A stretch of 64,000 bases of DNA from positions 1-64,000 of the IMG/VR virus record IMGVR_UViG_3300035053_000267. One strand, written 5' to 3'. This stretch comes from a virus. This document shows positions 55,306-64,000 of this stretch, one piece after another; the first letter of the stretch is position 1, and the number at the start of each line of letters is the position of its first letter. Position numbers and translations under genes: made by a program. The notes beneath the pieces were generated by a model. The model was not told the DNA's origin. It did no database searches and saw only the letters and a program-made list of their open reading frames with translations.

Positions 55306-56477
55306 TTGACTTATTATTCATAGTTGCATATTATATAAAAATGATTAGAACGGTGTCAATAACGGTTCCTGTAAAAGCAGAGGAGTACTTACCTCTGCTT
55401 AAAGAGGCGTCTGCTATTTTCAATCAACACGTTGAGTGGGCGTTCACTGAAGGAACATATAATAAAAACAAAGCCCACCATGCACTGTACCGTACTATTC
55501 GTGAAGAGTATCCTGAGTTCCCGTCAGCACTAATTCAGTGCGTGCGCGACACCGCAATGGAGGCGATTAAACGAGACAAGTTCAGACACAGACCCTCAAA
55601 GAAGGAAACTTCCGGTATCCGACTCAATAAACTCCTAATTTCAGTTAAAGGGGCTTGGGTATCTTTAGTACATCCAGGAAAGCGTTTTAGGTTTAAAGCC
55701 TCATTTCCTGATTTCTTCAGAGAAGTAATTGAGAATGGAGAGTTCAGGTCCGCTACGCTATGTTACTTGAAGAAAGGTAACAGGATTGTTTTAAATCTAT
55801 CTTACCAGTTAAACAACCCTGAATCCTCTAAAGGCTCCAAGGTATTGGGAGTAGACCGTGGAATTTACAACTTAGCTTCTACTTCAGATGGAAAACACTA
55901 TTCTGGATCTGAGGTAAGAGCACAGCAACGAAAGCACTTATACAAGAAGAGACAGCTCCAAGCAAAAGGTACGAAGTCTGCAAAGAGAAAACTTAAGAAG
56001 ATCTCTGGTAGATACGCACGGTTCAGCAAGGACGTCAACCACTGTATAAGCAAGAGCATTGTATCCGAAGAAGGTCTAAAGACGATAGTTCTAGAGGATC
56101 TAAAAGGGATACGGTCTCAGAGAAGAGGCAAGAAGTTAAACAAGTGGTTGAGCTCGTGGAGCTTTTACCAACTTCAAACCTTTCTTAAGTACAAAGCAGA
56201 GGCCCTAGGAATCAGCGTGGATTACGTAGACGCCAGGTACACCTCTCAAAAATGTAGCTCTTGTGGTTACACAAGCAAGGACAACAGAAATAAACACTCG
56301 TTTACCTGTATATCCTGTGGCCACTCTGAAAATGCCGATACGAATGCTGCTAAAAACATTAAACAGAATTATCTTATCTCCTTACTTGATAAGGAGCAGG
56401 CTGCTGTCAATCAGCCAAATGTCTCACAGGATCTCCTGTAGGGACAAGCTCACCAGCTTGTCTAGTGAGCAGTTGAC
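55306..56477 (+). mobile_element. IS200/IS605-family TnpB-only element
   Basis: TTGAC at the left boundary; right-end hairpin GCTCAC...GTGAGC ending AGTTGAC; no tnpA. Confidence 0.75.
55341..56441 (+). CDS. tnpB: RNA-guided endonuclease TnpB
   Basis: RuvC GVDRG, VLEDL, ADTNAA; Zn finger CSSC..CISC; promoter TTGACT-17-TATTAT before a leaderless ATG. Confidence 0.92.
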   Translation: MIRTVSITVPVKAEEYLPLLKEASAIFNQHVEWAFTEGTYNKNKAHHALYRTIREEYPEFPSALIQCVRDTAMEAIKRDKFRHRPSKKETSGIRLNKLLISVKGAWVSLVHPGKRFRFKASFPDFFREVIENGEFRSATLCYLKKGNRIVLNLSYQLNNPESSKGSKVLGVDRGIYNLASTSDGKHYSGSEVRAQQRKHLYKKRQLQAKGTKSAKRKLKKISGRYARFSKDVNHCISKSIVSEEGLKTIVLEDLKGIRSQRRGKKLNKWLSSWSFYQLQTFLKYKAEALGISVDYVDARYTSQKCSSCGYTSKDNRNKHSFTCISCGHSENADTNAAKNIKQNYLISLLDKEQAAVNQPNVSQDLL

Positions 56478-56676
56478 TGTATCATTCATAAAACCAAGGT
56501 CAAGCCAATAGCTAAAAAGAAGCAGCCTAGCAGGCGAATCTATTCAGCTGCTTCTTAGTGTCTACAGGGTGCACTGTAAAACAAACGGGCAGGAGAGAAT
56601 TCCATAGTGGATGCCTCACTCCCCTGCCCGTCAAAGCGCCTGTGTGTATTGTCCTCATGGATATAGGGGCGCATAT

Positions 56677-56773
56677 TATTATTCCACTCCAACACACCTG
56701 ATTTAACCTCAATTATAATTCTTTCGCTCTTAAATCAGCACATTATTATTCCACTTAACTGCGGCATAATTAA
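56677..56773 (-). promoter_or_regulatory. Two tandem copies of the phage promoter motif
   Basis: TTAAAT or TTAATT -17- AATAAT, both preceded by AGTGG. Confidence 0.5.
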
Positions 56774-57045
56774 TCAGGAGGCTTGACACATCGCCACCCA
56801 TTTCTCCACAAAAAACGAGCTACATCGTATGTGGTATAGTCCCCGTTTTTATTATGAATGAACGTATCAGGCACCCCTATACCGTGTAACGCTTCATGTA
56901 GCTGAGAATGAAGAGCTTTTATAGAATTACCTTTAAGAACCAGCATGTTTACAGGCTCATCGCTTGTTCTATCGTCAGTGAGCCCTTCTATGGGCTCCAC
57001 AAAACATATATTATACTTAACCCCATTAAATGTGTGCGTCTTCAT
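56770..57045 (-). CDS. Small HExxH protein
   Basis: LHEALH. Confidence 0.55.
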   Translation of the reverse strand: MKTHTFNGVKYNICFVEPIEGLTDDRTSDEPVNMLVLKGNSIKALHSQLHEALHGIGVPDTFIHNKNGDYTTYDVARFLWRNGWRCVKPPD

Positions 57046-57358
57046 AGCCTGCTCTTAAAGTGACAGGAAGATAATGCAGTAAAAACAACCTGACCGAAGC
57101 TTCACCTATTTTTTCAGTTAAACGCTTTAAAATAGCTTTTATAGGTGCAGTATTCATAAATACTTCTTCAACTTCTTCAGTCCATGCAAAATCGGACGCA
57201 CGTATATTCTTCTTATTTTCCGGAAGATCAAACTGATCCCATACGGCCCGGTTAAGCATGGAAAAGAGCTGGTCTGTACTTTTATTCCTGACGGACCTGC
57301 GATCAGGCAGTTTAGACAGGTCCACTGTATCAATAACTTGAGAAAATCTACTGCTCAT
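57026..57358 (-). CDS. Hypothetical protein
   Basis: Coupled ORF. Confidence 0.6.
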   Translation of the reverse strand: MSSRFSQVIDTVDLSKLPDRRSVRNKSTDQLFSMLNRAVWDQFDLPENKKNIRASDFAWTEEVEEVFMNTAPIKAILKRLTEKIGEASVRLFLLHYLPVTLRAGYEDAHI

Positions 57359-57639
57359 AAATGCATCCCCTTTGTAGTAAAATCATCTTTATGAACCAGT
57401 TTAAACCCGGAAAACTGCGCACTGTCATTATACACAGGAACCAACAGAATCTCAGCCCCACTCCTGTCTTCCAAATGACCAGTAAGAGAGGAATTATAAT
57501 CTGTTAAGAACACACTGGCATGTTTATCATACTCTATATCGCAAACGCTTTTAAGATTTATCACACGATATATTTTAAAAATAAATATCTCCGGCGGAAA
57601 CGGAGAATACACTTTGCCACATTCCGCAATAATACTCAT
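57355..57639 (-). CDS. Hypothetical protein
   Basis: Coupled ORF. Confidence 0.55.
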   Translation of the reverse strand: MSIIAECGKVYSPFPPEIFIFKIYRVINLKSVCDIEYDKHASVFLTDYNSSLTGHLEDRSGAEILLVPVYNDSAQFSGFKLVHKDDFTTKGMHL

Positions 57640-57647
57640 GATGCCCT

Positions 57648-59045
57648 CTAAATTTTTACACTGGGAACAGCAAATCCATCAGAAGATATGAAAGTATCAG
57701 CCCCCTCCACAGATAAACCATATCCACACTCCGTTTTACCCGAACTCTCAACAGAATATACTTCAGACCAAAAAATCCTATCATTCATAACTATATCTTT
57801 CCACCACGATAAGACAATACCTTTGTGCTTATTTATGTGCTTTATAATTTTAACAGCAGAGTCCCTGTTAATGAGACCGCTATAGCTGTTTAAAAGAACA
57901 ATACGATAAAGATCACTGTAACCCTTTTCATGCATGGACCCCGTTGCAGCTTCAAGAACTTCAAAAGGCAGCGGAACGCTGTCGTGTTTAACAGCTGTGT
58001 TTGCATAACTACAGGACCCGAAAGCATAGTCAGACTGTAAAAAACCTTTATTAACACATATGTCGCACTTATTTATTGCTATACGCCATCCTGACCGTCT
58101 GGACCCGGCCTCAACGTAAAACATATTGTTTTTAATACCAAGGTGGTCCAGAAAAGTACGAAAAGATCTGGCGAATCTAAAGTGACGGGTAAACATAATA
58201 AAATTATCTGTATTCAGCTTATGAGAATCCATCATTCCTGAAACGAATCCCCACTTAAAGTCTGAACCGGCCGTTACGGCAATGCTGGGTATACTTCTTT
58301 TAGCAAAAGAACTTTTAATCTTATCCAGAATCCAACGTATAAACTCTCCTTCAGAAACAGATATGCCGCGTCGTTTGAGATAGGTTTCACATTTATAATT
58401 AAGGATACTGGTGTTTATTTTAGTTGAGTCTATGTTATTATCGACATACCCTGAAAGAAACCCAAAGATATATCCAAGCTCAGAATCCAAATCAAGATTA
58501 GTTCCTACATACAGCATATCACAGTAAATATGAGTATTAACCGGCTCTGCTACATGTCCAACTATAGGAACATAAAGACCAACTGCCTTGTCTGGAGACA
58601 CAGTACAGAAATTGGCCGCATCAGAGTTAAACCCATAAACAGCTTTACTATTGTCTGTTGTAAGTATTTGGTGACCGGTAGACAGATTCACCAGAAAAAC
58701 ATTCTGCTCAGAATACCTTCTGAAATAAGACACTTTATGAAGGCTTAAACCAGAAGCCCCGGAGTATGAACCGACATACAACTCAGGACAGGCACTATAT
58801 GCCTCTACATTTCTTAAAACTCTACAATCATCTTTTGCTCTGGGAAAATCAGCTAGATCAATTATAAACTTCCTATATGCAGGAACGTCGGACACACACT
58901 CACGCAGTTTCCAATGATCCTCATCCCCCCACCAATACTGGCTCCACTTACTGTTATTAAAATAGTGCCCGACAAGATCAGCAGGCTTTACATACACTGC
59001 TGCATCTGAAAAGTGGCAACCATAAGCTTTATCTTTGTTTGTCAT
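57648..59045 (-). CDS. Orphan degenerate intein-like (Hint plus LAGLIDADG) protein
   Basis: CHFSDAAVYV (block A), STGHQILTTDN (block B), GYIFGFLSG and GFVSGMMDS, YGLSVEGADTFISSDG (blocks F/G) lacking the terminal HN. Confidence 0.7.
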   Translation of the reverse strand: MTNKDKAYGCHFSDAAVYVKPADLVGHYFNNSKWSQYWWGDEDHWKLRECVSDVPAYRKFIIDLADFPRAKDDCRVLRNVEAYSACPELYVGSYSGASGLSLHKVSYFRRYSEQNVFLVNLSTGHQILTTDNSKAVYGFNSDAANFCTVSPDKAVGLYVPIVGHVAEPVNTHIYCDMLYVGTNLDLDSELGYIFGFLSGYVDNNIDSTKINTSILNYKCETYLKRRGISVSEGEFIRWILDKIKSSFAKRSIPSIAVTAGSDFKWGFVSGMMDSHKLNTDNFIMFTRHFRFARSFRTFLDHLGIKNNMFYVEAGSRRSGWRIAINKCDICVNKGFLQSDYAFGSCSYANTAVKHDSVPLPFEVLEAATGSMHEKGYSDLYRIVLLNSYSGLINRDSAVKIIKHINKHKGIVLSWWKDIVMNDRIFWSEVYSVESSGKTECGYGLSVEGADTFISSDGFAVPSVKI

Positions 59046-62000
59046 TTAATTATAACAGGCTGGTCTACTTCAACTTCGCCTCTGTTATACGCATTAACGG
59101 CTTGCTGAACTGTATCAAACACTATAGGTTTCTTAGTTAAATCTTCTTTATGCGTGGCCCTGTGAAGACCTATGAGAAATTCGTGACTTGGAGCGTATTG
59201 TACTTGAAAATCAGACATTTTACGTATGTTCTTAGATGGAAGCATTTTTTCCTTTGCTTCCTCAATAGCCTCATCAGACACTGTAACATGAAAATTCATG
59301 GTATCCCCATCAAAATCGGCGTTCATGCCTTTGCATATCTGCGGGGGGACCTTGAATGAGTGACCGCGAGTCAATACGGGCTTGGCGGCCAATATGCTGT
59401 ACTTATGAAGAGCTGGAGCCCTGGAATACAGTAAAGGCCTATGTTCCATTTCTTTTAAAAGAGCCCTCTCGGCCTCAGGGGTTTTATTCATATACATTCT
59501 GATTGCATCGGCTTTAGATCCTTTACTGCCTATATCACGAATAAGACGCCGTATAACAAAAGGCTTGTACAGCTCCCACGCTTTTTCCTCCGGAAGCCCA
59601 ACCTCGTCTATGTCGAGATTAGGATCAGGGGAGATCACAGCTCTACCGGATAAATCCGTAGTAGTCGATATAAGTGTACGTTGAAACGTACCGGACTTGG
59701 GAGACGCTCCGAACACTTCTTTTAAAAGACCTTTAATACCTTGCGCTTTTCTTTCTTTTTTAACCGGGGTTCCGAGCCCTGTCACAGCTTTAAAGTTATC
59801 ATATACATTAAGAGCAGCTTCTCCTCTCATATCCGGAGTCAGCTTATCCTTCATCTCAGAGTAGTTCTGATTGGCATGCATTAAATCTTTATACAGAAGA
59901 TTCGAACCAGCTACCATCTCAAACTTGTTAGTAGCTGTAATAGGTCTGTATACAGGAGGAAGAACAGCCACTTTAGATACAACCAAGTCTTCCGGCTGTA
60001 CGCCCATTCTCCTTAAACCATCTAGATATTTCATTTTTTTAGCTGCAAGATTTTTGGCAGTTTTACTGCTGGTTGTATTAAACAGATGCTCCTGCGCCCT
60101 ATACATTTTATCAATATCTATATGTGACAAAGCTTTTTTAATCGCAGCAGATCCAGTGCCGACATCAGGAATAGACTCCTTCTCGGCAATAACATTTCTA
60201 TACTGCTTTTGAGTCAGTCCCAGAAGGTACCGTATAGGGTCTTCAAATACCGGCTGGGGCATAGGCACACTCAAAGTTATGTGCCCAAACCTGTTTCCTC
60301 CGTGGCCCCCGGTAATGCCCCTGTCAAATAGACCGCCTTTTACCGGCTCCATGGACTGCTCACCCATAAGGCCTTTAGCGTAATTCTGCTTCCACTTTAC
60401 TGTTTCAGGACTCTTTATTTCTCCGCTGCTTATAGCCTCCACATCTCTATCTGTCATGGCAGCCAAGTGAAGATTATTACCTTCTCCCTTTACATTTATT
60501 CCGGAAGCCTGAAGAGTTGCTATAAACTTTTTATACGTTCCCGGTACCTTGGGGGGAGGAGGATTTATGCCCAGCATTACAGCATTCCAATAATCCTGAT
60601 TCTGCTGTCCTTTTATGTTGCGTATATCTTTAATGTTTTTAACAGCCCCGTGAGCGAGCAGGGCCTCCATCTCAAGCATACCAATTCTTTTTGGATTATC
60701 CTCGTCTATCCCTTTAGATGGAGACCCTTCTGATGTGTAAGAACCAAACGCCCTTCCAGACTCTTTCGATTCTGAAGTATGTTGAAGTTTGAGCATATAA
60801 GGAAACCCAACAAAAACATCTTTAATATTCTTATCTGTAGCCGGATCATATATCGTTTCTTTATCTTTAACACCGTGCTTACTCATTTCACTCTTAACAA
60901 AGTCTATGAGACTGTCGTCATTAAAGCCGCGTACATAATAGGGCTTGCCTCTTTTTCGAGCTATTTTAGCCAAAACAGCTTCATACAGCTGGGCAGGATT
61001 GTGCCTTGATATCACACCAAGAGGATTAAGGAGCATCTCCAATGTTTCACCGGACTCATCCTTAGGCATCTGATCATCCGGTATTATTTTACTCACGGTA
61101 CCTTTATTGCCAAAAAATCCACTAAACTTATCACCAACCTGAACCGGCATATATGTCTTAACAGAGATTTTAGTGCCGCCATCATCATTCCAGGTATCAG
61201 TGACAATGCCGGGAGTGTCGTGTTCCCATTCCACTGAAGAATCAGAGAAATCTCTACTCTTACCCCTATACAGCATGCCAGATCCTTTGGACGTCTTCTG
61301 CTTCACAGCCAGAATGAGAGGATCACCTTTCTCAACTACGGAACCAGGCGCAACAACTCCTGATTTATCTATTTTATCCAGCTGCTTTTTTGAATAGACA
61401 CTGGGGAAAACAGACATATGCTTAAGCTTGCTTTGAGTAGTAAACTTATCCCTGTCCAGTTTATCTGTGTACATGTGCTCAGAAGCAAATTTCTTAGCAA
61501 GTCCCTCCGATATGACTATACCATCTTCGTATGAATAGCCTTTATAAGGCAAATACCCGGCACGAACATGAGCTCCAAGAGCAAGATCACCAGACTTGTC
61601 CGTATAGTTACTCGATGCAATAATCTGCCCCGGCTTAAGAACATCCCCCGGCTGAACTAAAGGCTCATTACTTATATAGGATTTTCTGTTGTACGGCATG
61701 TTATTGTACAGCTCAATGGTTTTAGTTTTACCATCAGAAGTCTGTATGACCACTTCATCGTCAGTTACCGACCTGACAACCCCTTCAGTATCCGACCTAA
61801 CCACTCCTGCGTATTTTCCAGAAAAATTAAAGAAATCAACCCCATCTTCGTCAACAGGTCTCACCAGTGGTGCTTCTCTGTTTTTAACAGAAAGAGCCTG
61901 ATTAATGTATTTACTCCCCATAAGCAGTCGACCGCCTTCAATAGCTGAAAGCATGGGAACAAGGTTTGAATTAAGATTGAATTGTCCAGAGGCACTGTAC

Positions 62001-63454
62001 AGCTCGTATGGTACTTTTTCCGGATCCATCATCTTCATTTGACCATTACTTATGCATTTTACTTTTTTGCCAGTTTTAGCTGCCTTTTCGTGTTCGCCCG
62101 GAAAAGCAATAGGCATGCGGGAGACTACCTGGGGCGGCAAATAAATGCTCTTTCCGCTTTTAGAGTCTTTCAACCTGGTGTAAAGCTCACGATCTACGCC
62201 TTTATACGTGTTCCAGGCGATACGCCCATCTACCCCGGGATTAGAGGACTCAGGAGACCTTATAGGGTCTATAAACCCAAAATGCGACGGCTGCAAAGCT
62301 CTGGCCTCATCAGGAACCGCTTCAGCACTGGGCAGGCCTCCGACTCCCATTCTGGTTATCCTAAGGTTTTGATCAATGGCATCCATAGGATTAATCTCTT
62401 CCAGTGGAGAGGCAACTCCGGAAAGATAAAACACACTGTCAACATGAGAATCCAGAGCGCTGGGAGAGATTTTTTTCAAACTTTTATTCAGAGTAGCCTT
62501 CCACAGCAACTTCCGGGCAAGCATGCCACTGTCTTTAGATATTCTCTCTGCAAAAAAATCCTCTGGTCCCCATGTCTCCTGAAAAGCCAGAGAGTCCCTA
62601 TCATCGGTGTCTGCTTTACCTTTGGATATATTGACAAGTTTTTCAGACGTCTTGAGAAGAACTTCAGGAGTCACATTAGTATACGGACTGCCGAGAGTTA
62701 CCCCGACAACCTCAGGATCCAGTTTAAGCTTAGAAAAAACTTCCAACCAGTCCTTATCCGTAACGTCCTCCCCAACAGACTTCTTAGCTCTGGACTGAGT
62801 AAATTTGTTCCACGCTTTATTTAGAGTTTTTACATCCTCATTCTCAACAAGATTTACCCTTAAAAGCTCAGGACCCCAGTGTTTCTCCATATCCCTGTCT
62901 TTAATACCCATCGCTTTAAGTATCGGGTAAGCTTTTAAATTCGCCTGACCCACTTTTAGTTTAAATACACCGCTTGAAGGCTCCATAAACATTCTAAAGG
63001 ACGGTCCGCCTGACAGGATATTGAAATGAGCCTCTATATCCCCGTTATTTTTCTTACGAGTGAATATACCAGAACGAAGTCGCATCTGATTGGCTATGGT
63101 ATACTCATTGCCTCCTACTATGTAAGTGCCTCTCTGGGTAAGATATGGGACGTTTATAACTGTGGTTCTTTTCTGGTCTATAGGTTTATTGGTAGCCTTA
63201 TCCACCAGGGTCCAGGTCCCTTTAAGAGGCCTGTGAAGAGAAGACCTGTTAAACAGTGCCTTCTTCTGCTCCTTTAAAGAAAAATCACGAGTATTACCAT
63301 ACTCTAAATCATTAAGCTCCAGCCTGTATTTGGAATTCTCAAGAGGAAACCTCTCCTTCAATGCCTGTAGAGTGCCACCATACACGGCCTTTCTAGTAGT
63401 GTCAAAATCCAGAAAATCCCTGACACCGACTGGTAAGTTAACTCCACCACGCAT
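59042..63454 (-). CDS. rpoBC: RNA polymerase beta fused to the N-terminal half of beta'
   Basis: beta motifs SPES.NPG, GYSYEDG, GDKFSG..GNKG, YMLKLQH; beta' motifs GHITL, LPPVYRP, SGRAVI, RAPALH, NADFDGD. Confidence 0.95.
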   Translation of the reverse strand: MRGGVNLPVGVRDFLDFDTTRKAVYGGTLQALKERFPLENSKYRLELNDLEYGNTRDFSLKEQKKALFNRSSLHRPLKGTWTLVDKATNKPIDQKRTTVINVPYLTQRGTYIVGGNEYTIANQMRLRSGIFTRKKNNGDIEAHFNILSGGPSFRMFMEPSSGVFKLKVGQANLKAYPILKAMGIKDRDMEKHWGPELLRVNLVENEDVKTLNKAWNKFTQSRAKKSVGEDVTDKDWLEVFSKLKLDPEVVGVTLGSPYTNVTPEVLLKTSEKLVNISKGKADTDDRDSLAFQETWGPEDFFAERISKDSGMLARKLLWKATLNKSLKKISPSALDSHVDSVFYLSGVASPLEEINPMDAIDQNLRITRMGVGGLPSAEAVPDEARALQPSHFGFIDPIRSPESSNPGVDGRIAWNTYKGVDRELYTRLKDSKSGKSIYLPPQVVSRMPIAFPGEHEKAAKTGKKVKCISNGQMKMMDPEKVPYELYSASGQFNLNSNLVPMLSAIEGGRLLMGSKYINQALSVKNREAPLVRPVDEDGVDFFNFSGKYAGVVRSDTEGVVRSVTDDEVVIQTSDGKTKTIELYNNMPYNRKSYISNEPLVQPGDVLKPGQIIASSNYTDKSGDLALGAHVRAGYLPYKGYSYEDGIVISEGLAKKFASEHMYTDKLDRDKFTTQSKLKHMSVFPSVYSKKQLDKIDKSGVVAPGSVVEKGDPLILAVKQKTSKGSGMLYRGKSRDFSDSSVEWEHDTPGIVTDTWNDDGGTKISVKTYMPVQVGDKFSGFFGNKGTVSKIIPDDQMPKDESGETLEMLLNPLGVISRHNPAQLYEAVLAKIARKRGKPYYVRGFNDDSLIDFVKSEMSKHGVKDKETIYDPATDKNIKDVFVGFPYMLKLQHTSESKESGRAFGSYTSEGSPSKGIDEDNPKRIGMLEMEALLAHGAVKNIKDIRNIKGQQNQDYWNAVMLGINPPPPKVPGTYKKFIATLQASGINVKGEGNNLHLAAMTDRDVEAISSGEIKSPETVKWKQNYAKGLMGEQSMEPVKGGLFDRGITGGHGGNRFGHITLSVPMPQPVFEDPIRYLLGLTQKQYRNVIAEKESIPDVGTGSAAIKKALSHIDIDKMYRAQEHLFNTTSSKTAKNLAAKKMKYLDGLRRMGVQPEDLVVSKVAVLPPVYRPITATNKFEMVAGSNLLYKDLMHANQNYSEMKDKLTPDMRGEAALNVYDNFKAVTGLGTPVKKERKAQGIKGLLKEVFGASPKSGTFQRTLISTTTDLSGRAVISPDPNLDIDEVGLPEEKAWELYKPFVIRRLIRDIGSKGSKADAIRMYMNKTPEAERALLKEMEHRPLLYSRAPALHKYSILAAKPVLTRGHSFKVPPQICKGMNADFDGDTMNFHVTVSDEAIEEAKEKMLPSKNIRKMSDFQVQYAPSHEFLIGLHRATHKEDLTKKPIVFDTVQQAVNAYNRGEVEVDQPVIIK

Positions 63455-63462
63455 ACTGCCCC

Positions 63463-63999
63463 CTATTTATAACCAGAAGATTGCGGCTTTACATTTCCAA
63501 CAGTATCGCGCTCAAGCTTATTGAGATAGCCATTTTGATTTTTAATGCCACCCAGACTGCCCTTAAAAGCAGACCCCAAATAGCCACCCAATTGCCCAAA
63601 ATTAGAAAAGACACTTTTACCAATATCTAAAAGACCAGAACCAATACCTTTAAACTTATCGAAAGTACTGAATATCTCTTCCATTTTTTTAACCTTCTGA
63701 GGAAGAGTACGCACCGTGTTGGATATGGCCCCCCAATCGGCGTTATCATTGAACTCTGAATTAAGTGCCTTTAAATTACGCAAAGTTTTACCAAATTCCG
63801 GGTCAGACAACAGGGACTTAACTTCTTTTACGTTATTAGAAAAGTTACCAGACGGGTTCTTAATATTTGCATACCACTCGCCGGGTGCCCCCAAAGTGTT
63901 AAATACTTTACGACCTACACCGCTGTCATCCCAACCTCCTGAAGCTCCCCCCGCACTTTTAATTCCACCTAATTTAGCTATATCCAGTGTTTTAGGCTG
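63463..63999 (-). CDS. Hypothetical putative virion protein (5' partial)
   Basis: Frame open to the window edge; IKSAG motif. Confidence 0.55.
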   Translation of the reverse strand, partial: QPKTLDIAKLGGIKSAGGASGGWDDSGVGRKVFNTLGAPGEWYANIKNPSGNFSNNVKEVKSLLSDPEFGKTLRNLKALNSEFNDNADWGAISNTVRTLPQKVKKMEEIFSTFDKFKGIGSGLLDIGKSVFSNFGQLGGYLGSAFKGSLGGIKNQNGYLNKLERDTVGNVKPQSSGYK

Positions 64000-64000
64000 T

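Noticed and set aside
55083-55340. N-terminal extension of TnpB, or a Cas12 call
   Set aside because: The extension overlaps a - strand gene and the promoter places the start at 55341; size and lack of a CRISPR array fit TnpB.
59042-63454. Bacterial chromosomal rpoBC locus
   Set aside because: No ribosomal-protein neighbours; the subunits are divergent and reduced; the context is phage head genes.
1-64000. Integron integrase or attI site
   Set aside because: No ORF with tyrosine-recombinase R-H-R-Y motifs was seen; attI cannot be identified by eye.

Overview
This window looks like part of a large tailed-phage (jumbo-like) genome, with almost all genes on the - strand. From left to right it contains: (1) a virion/head module (fibre-like proteins, patatin, neck proteins, probable major capsid protein, scaffold, Zn-finger prohead protease, many K-x-A-rich proteins); (2) islands of small accessory genes; (3) two tRNA genes, a LigD-phosphoesterase/DNA ligase fusion, MYG1, a LAGLIDADG nuclease, a TnpB-only IS200/IS605 element and an orphan intein-like gene; (4) a bacterial-type RNA polymerase in which beta is fused to the N-half of beta', with the C-half of beta' encoded about 14 kb away. 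The standout is a GC-richer tract at 27.7-37.0 kb built from about 30 integron attC-like sites, i.e. a phage-borne cassette array with no integrase in the window. The R' box of each site is complementary to the R'' box of the next, as expected for bona fide cassettes. Unlike ordinary integrons, the cassette ORFs are antisense to the attC top strand. They cross the recombination point in a fixed frame (GTT read as an Asn codon) and often take their stop codon, RBS and ATG from inside the attC. The array also holds structured non-coding segments with tRNA-like T-loops, and one sense cassette with its own promoter encoding an ACP-like protein behind a virion-type K-x-A leader. All calls are from manual reading; no searches were run.
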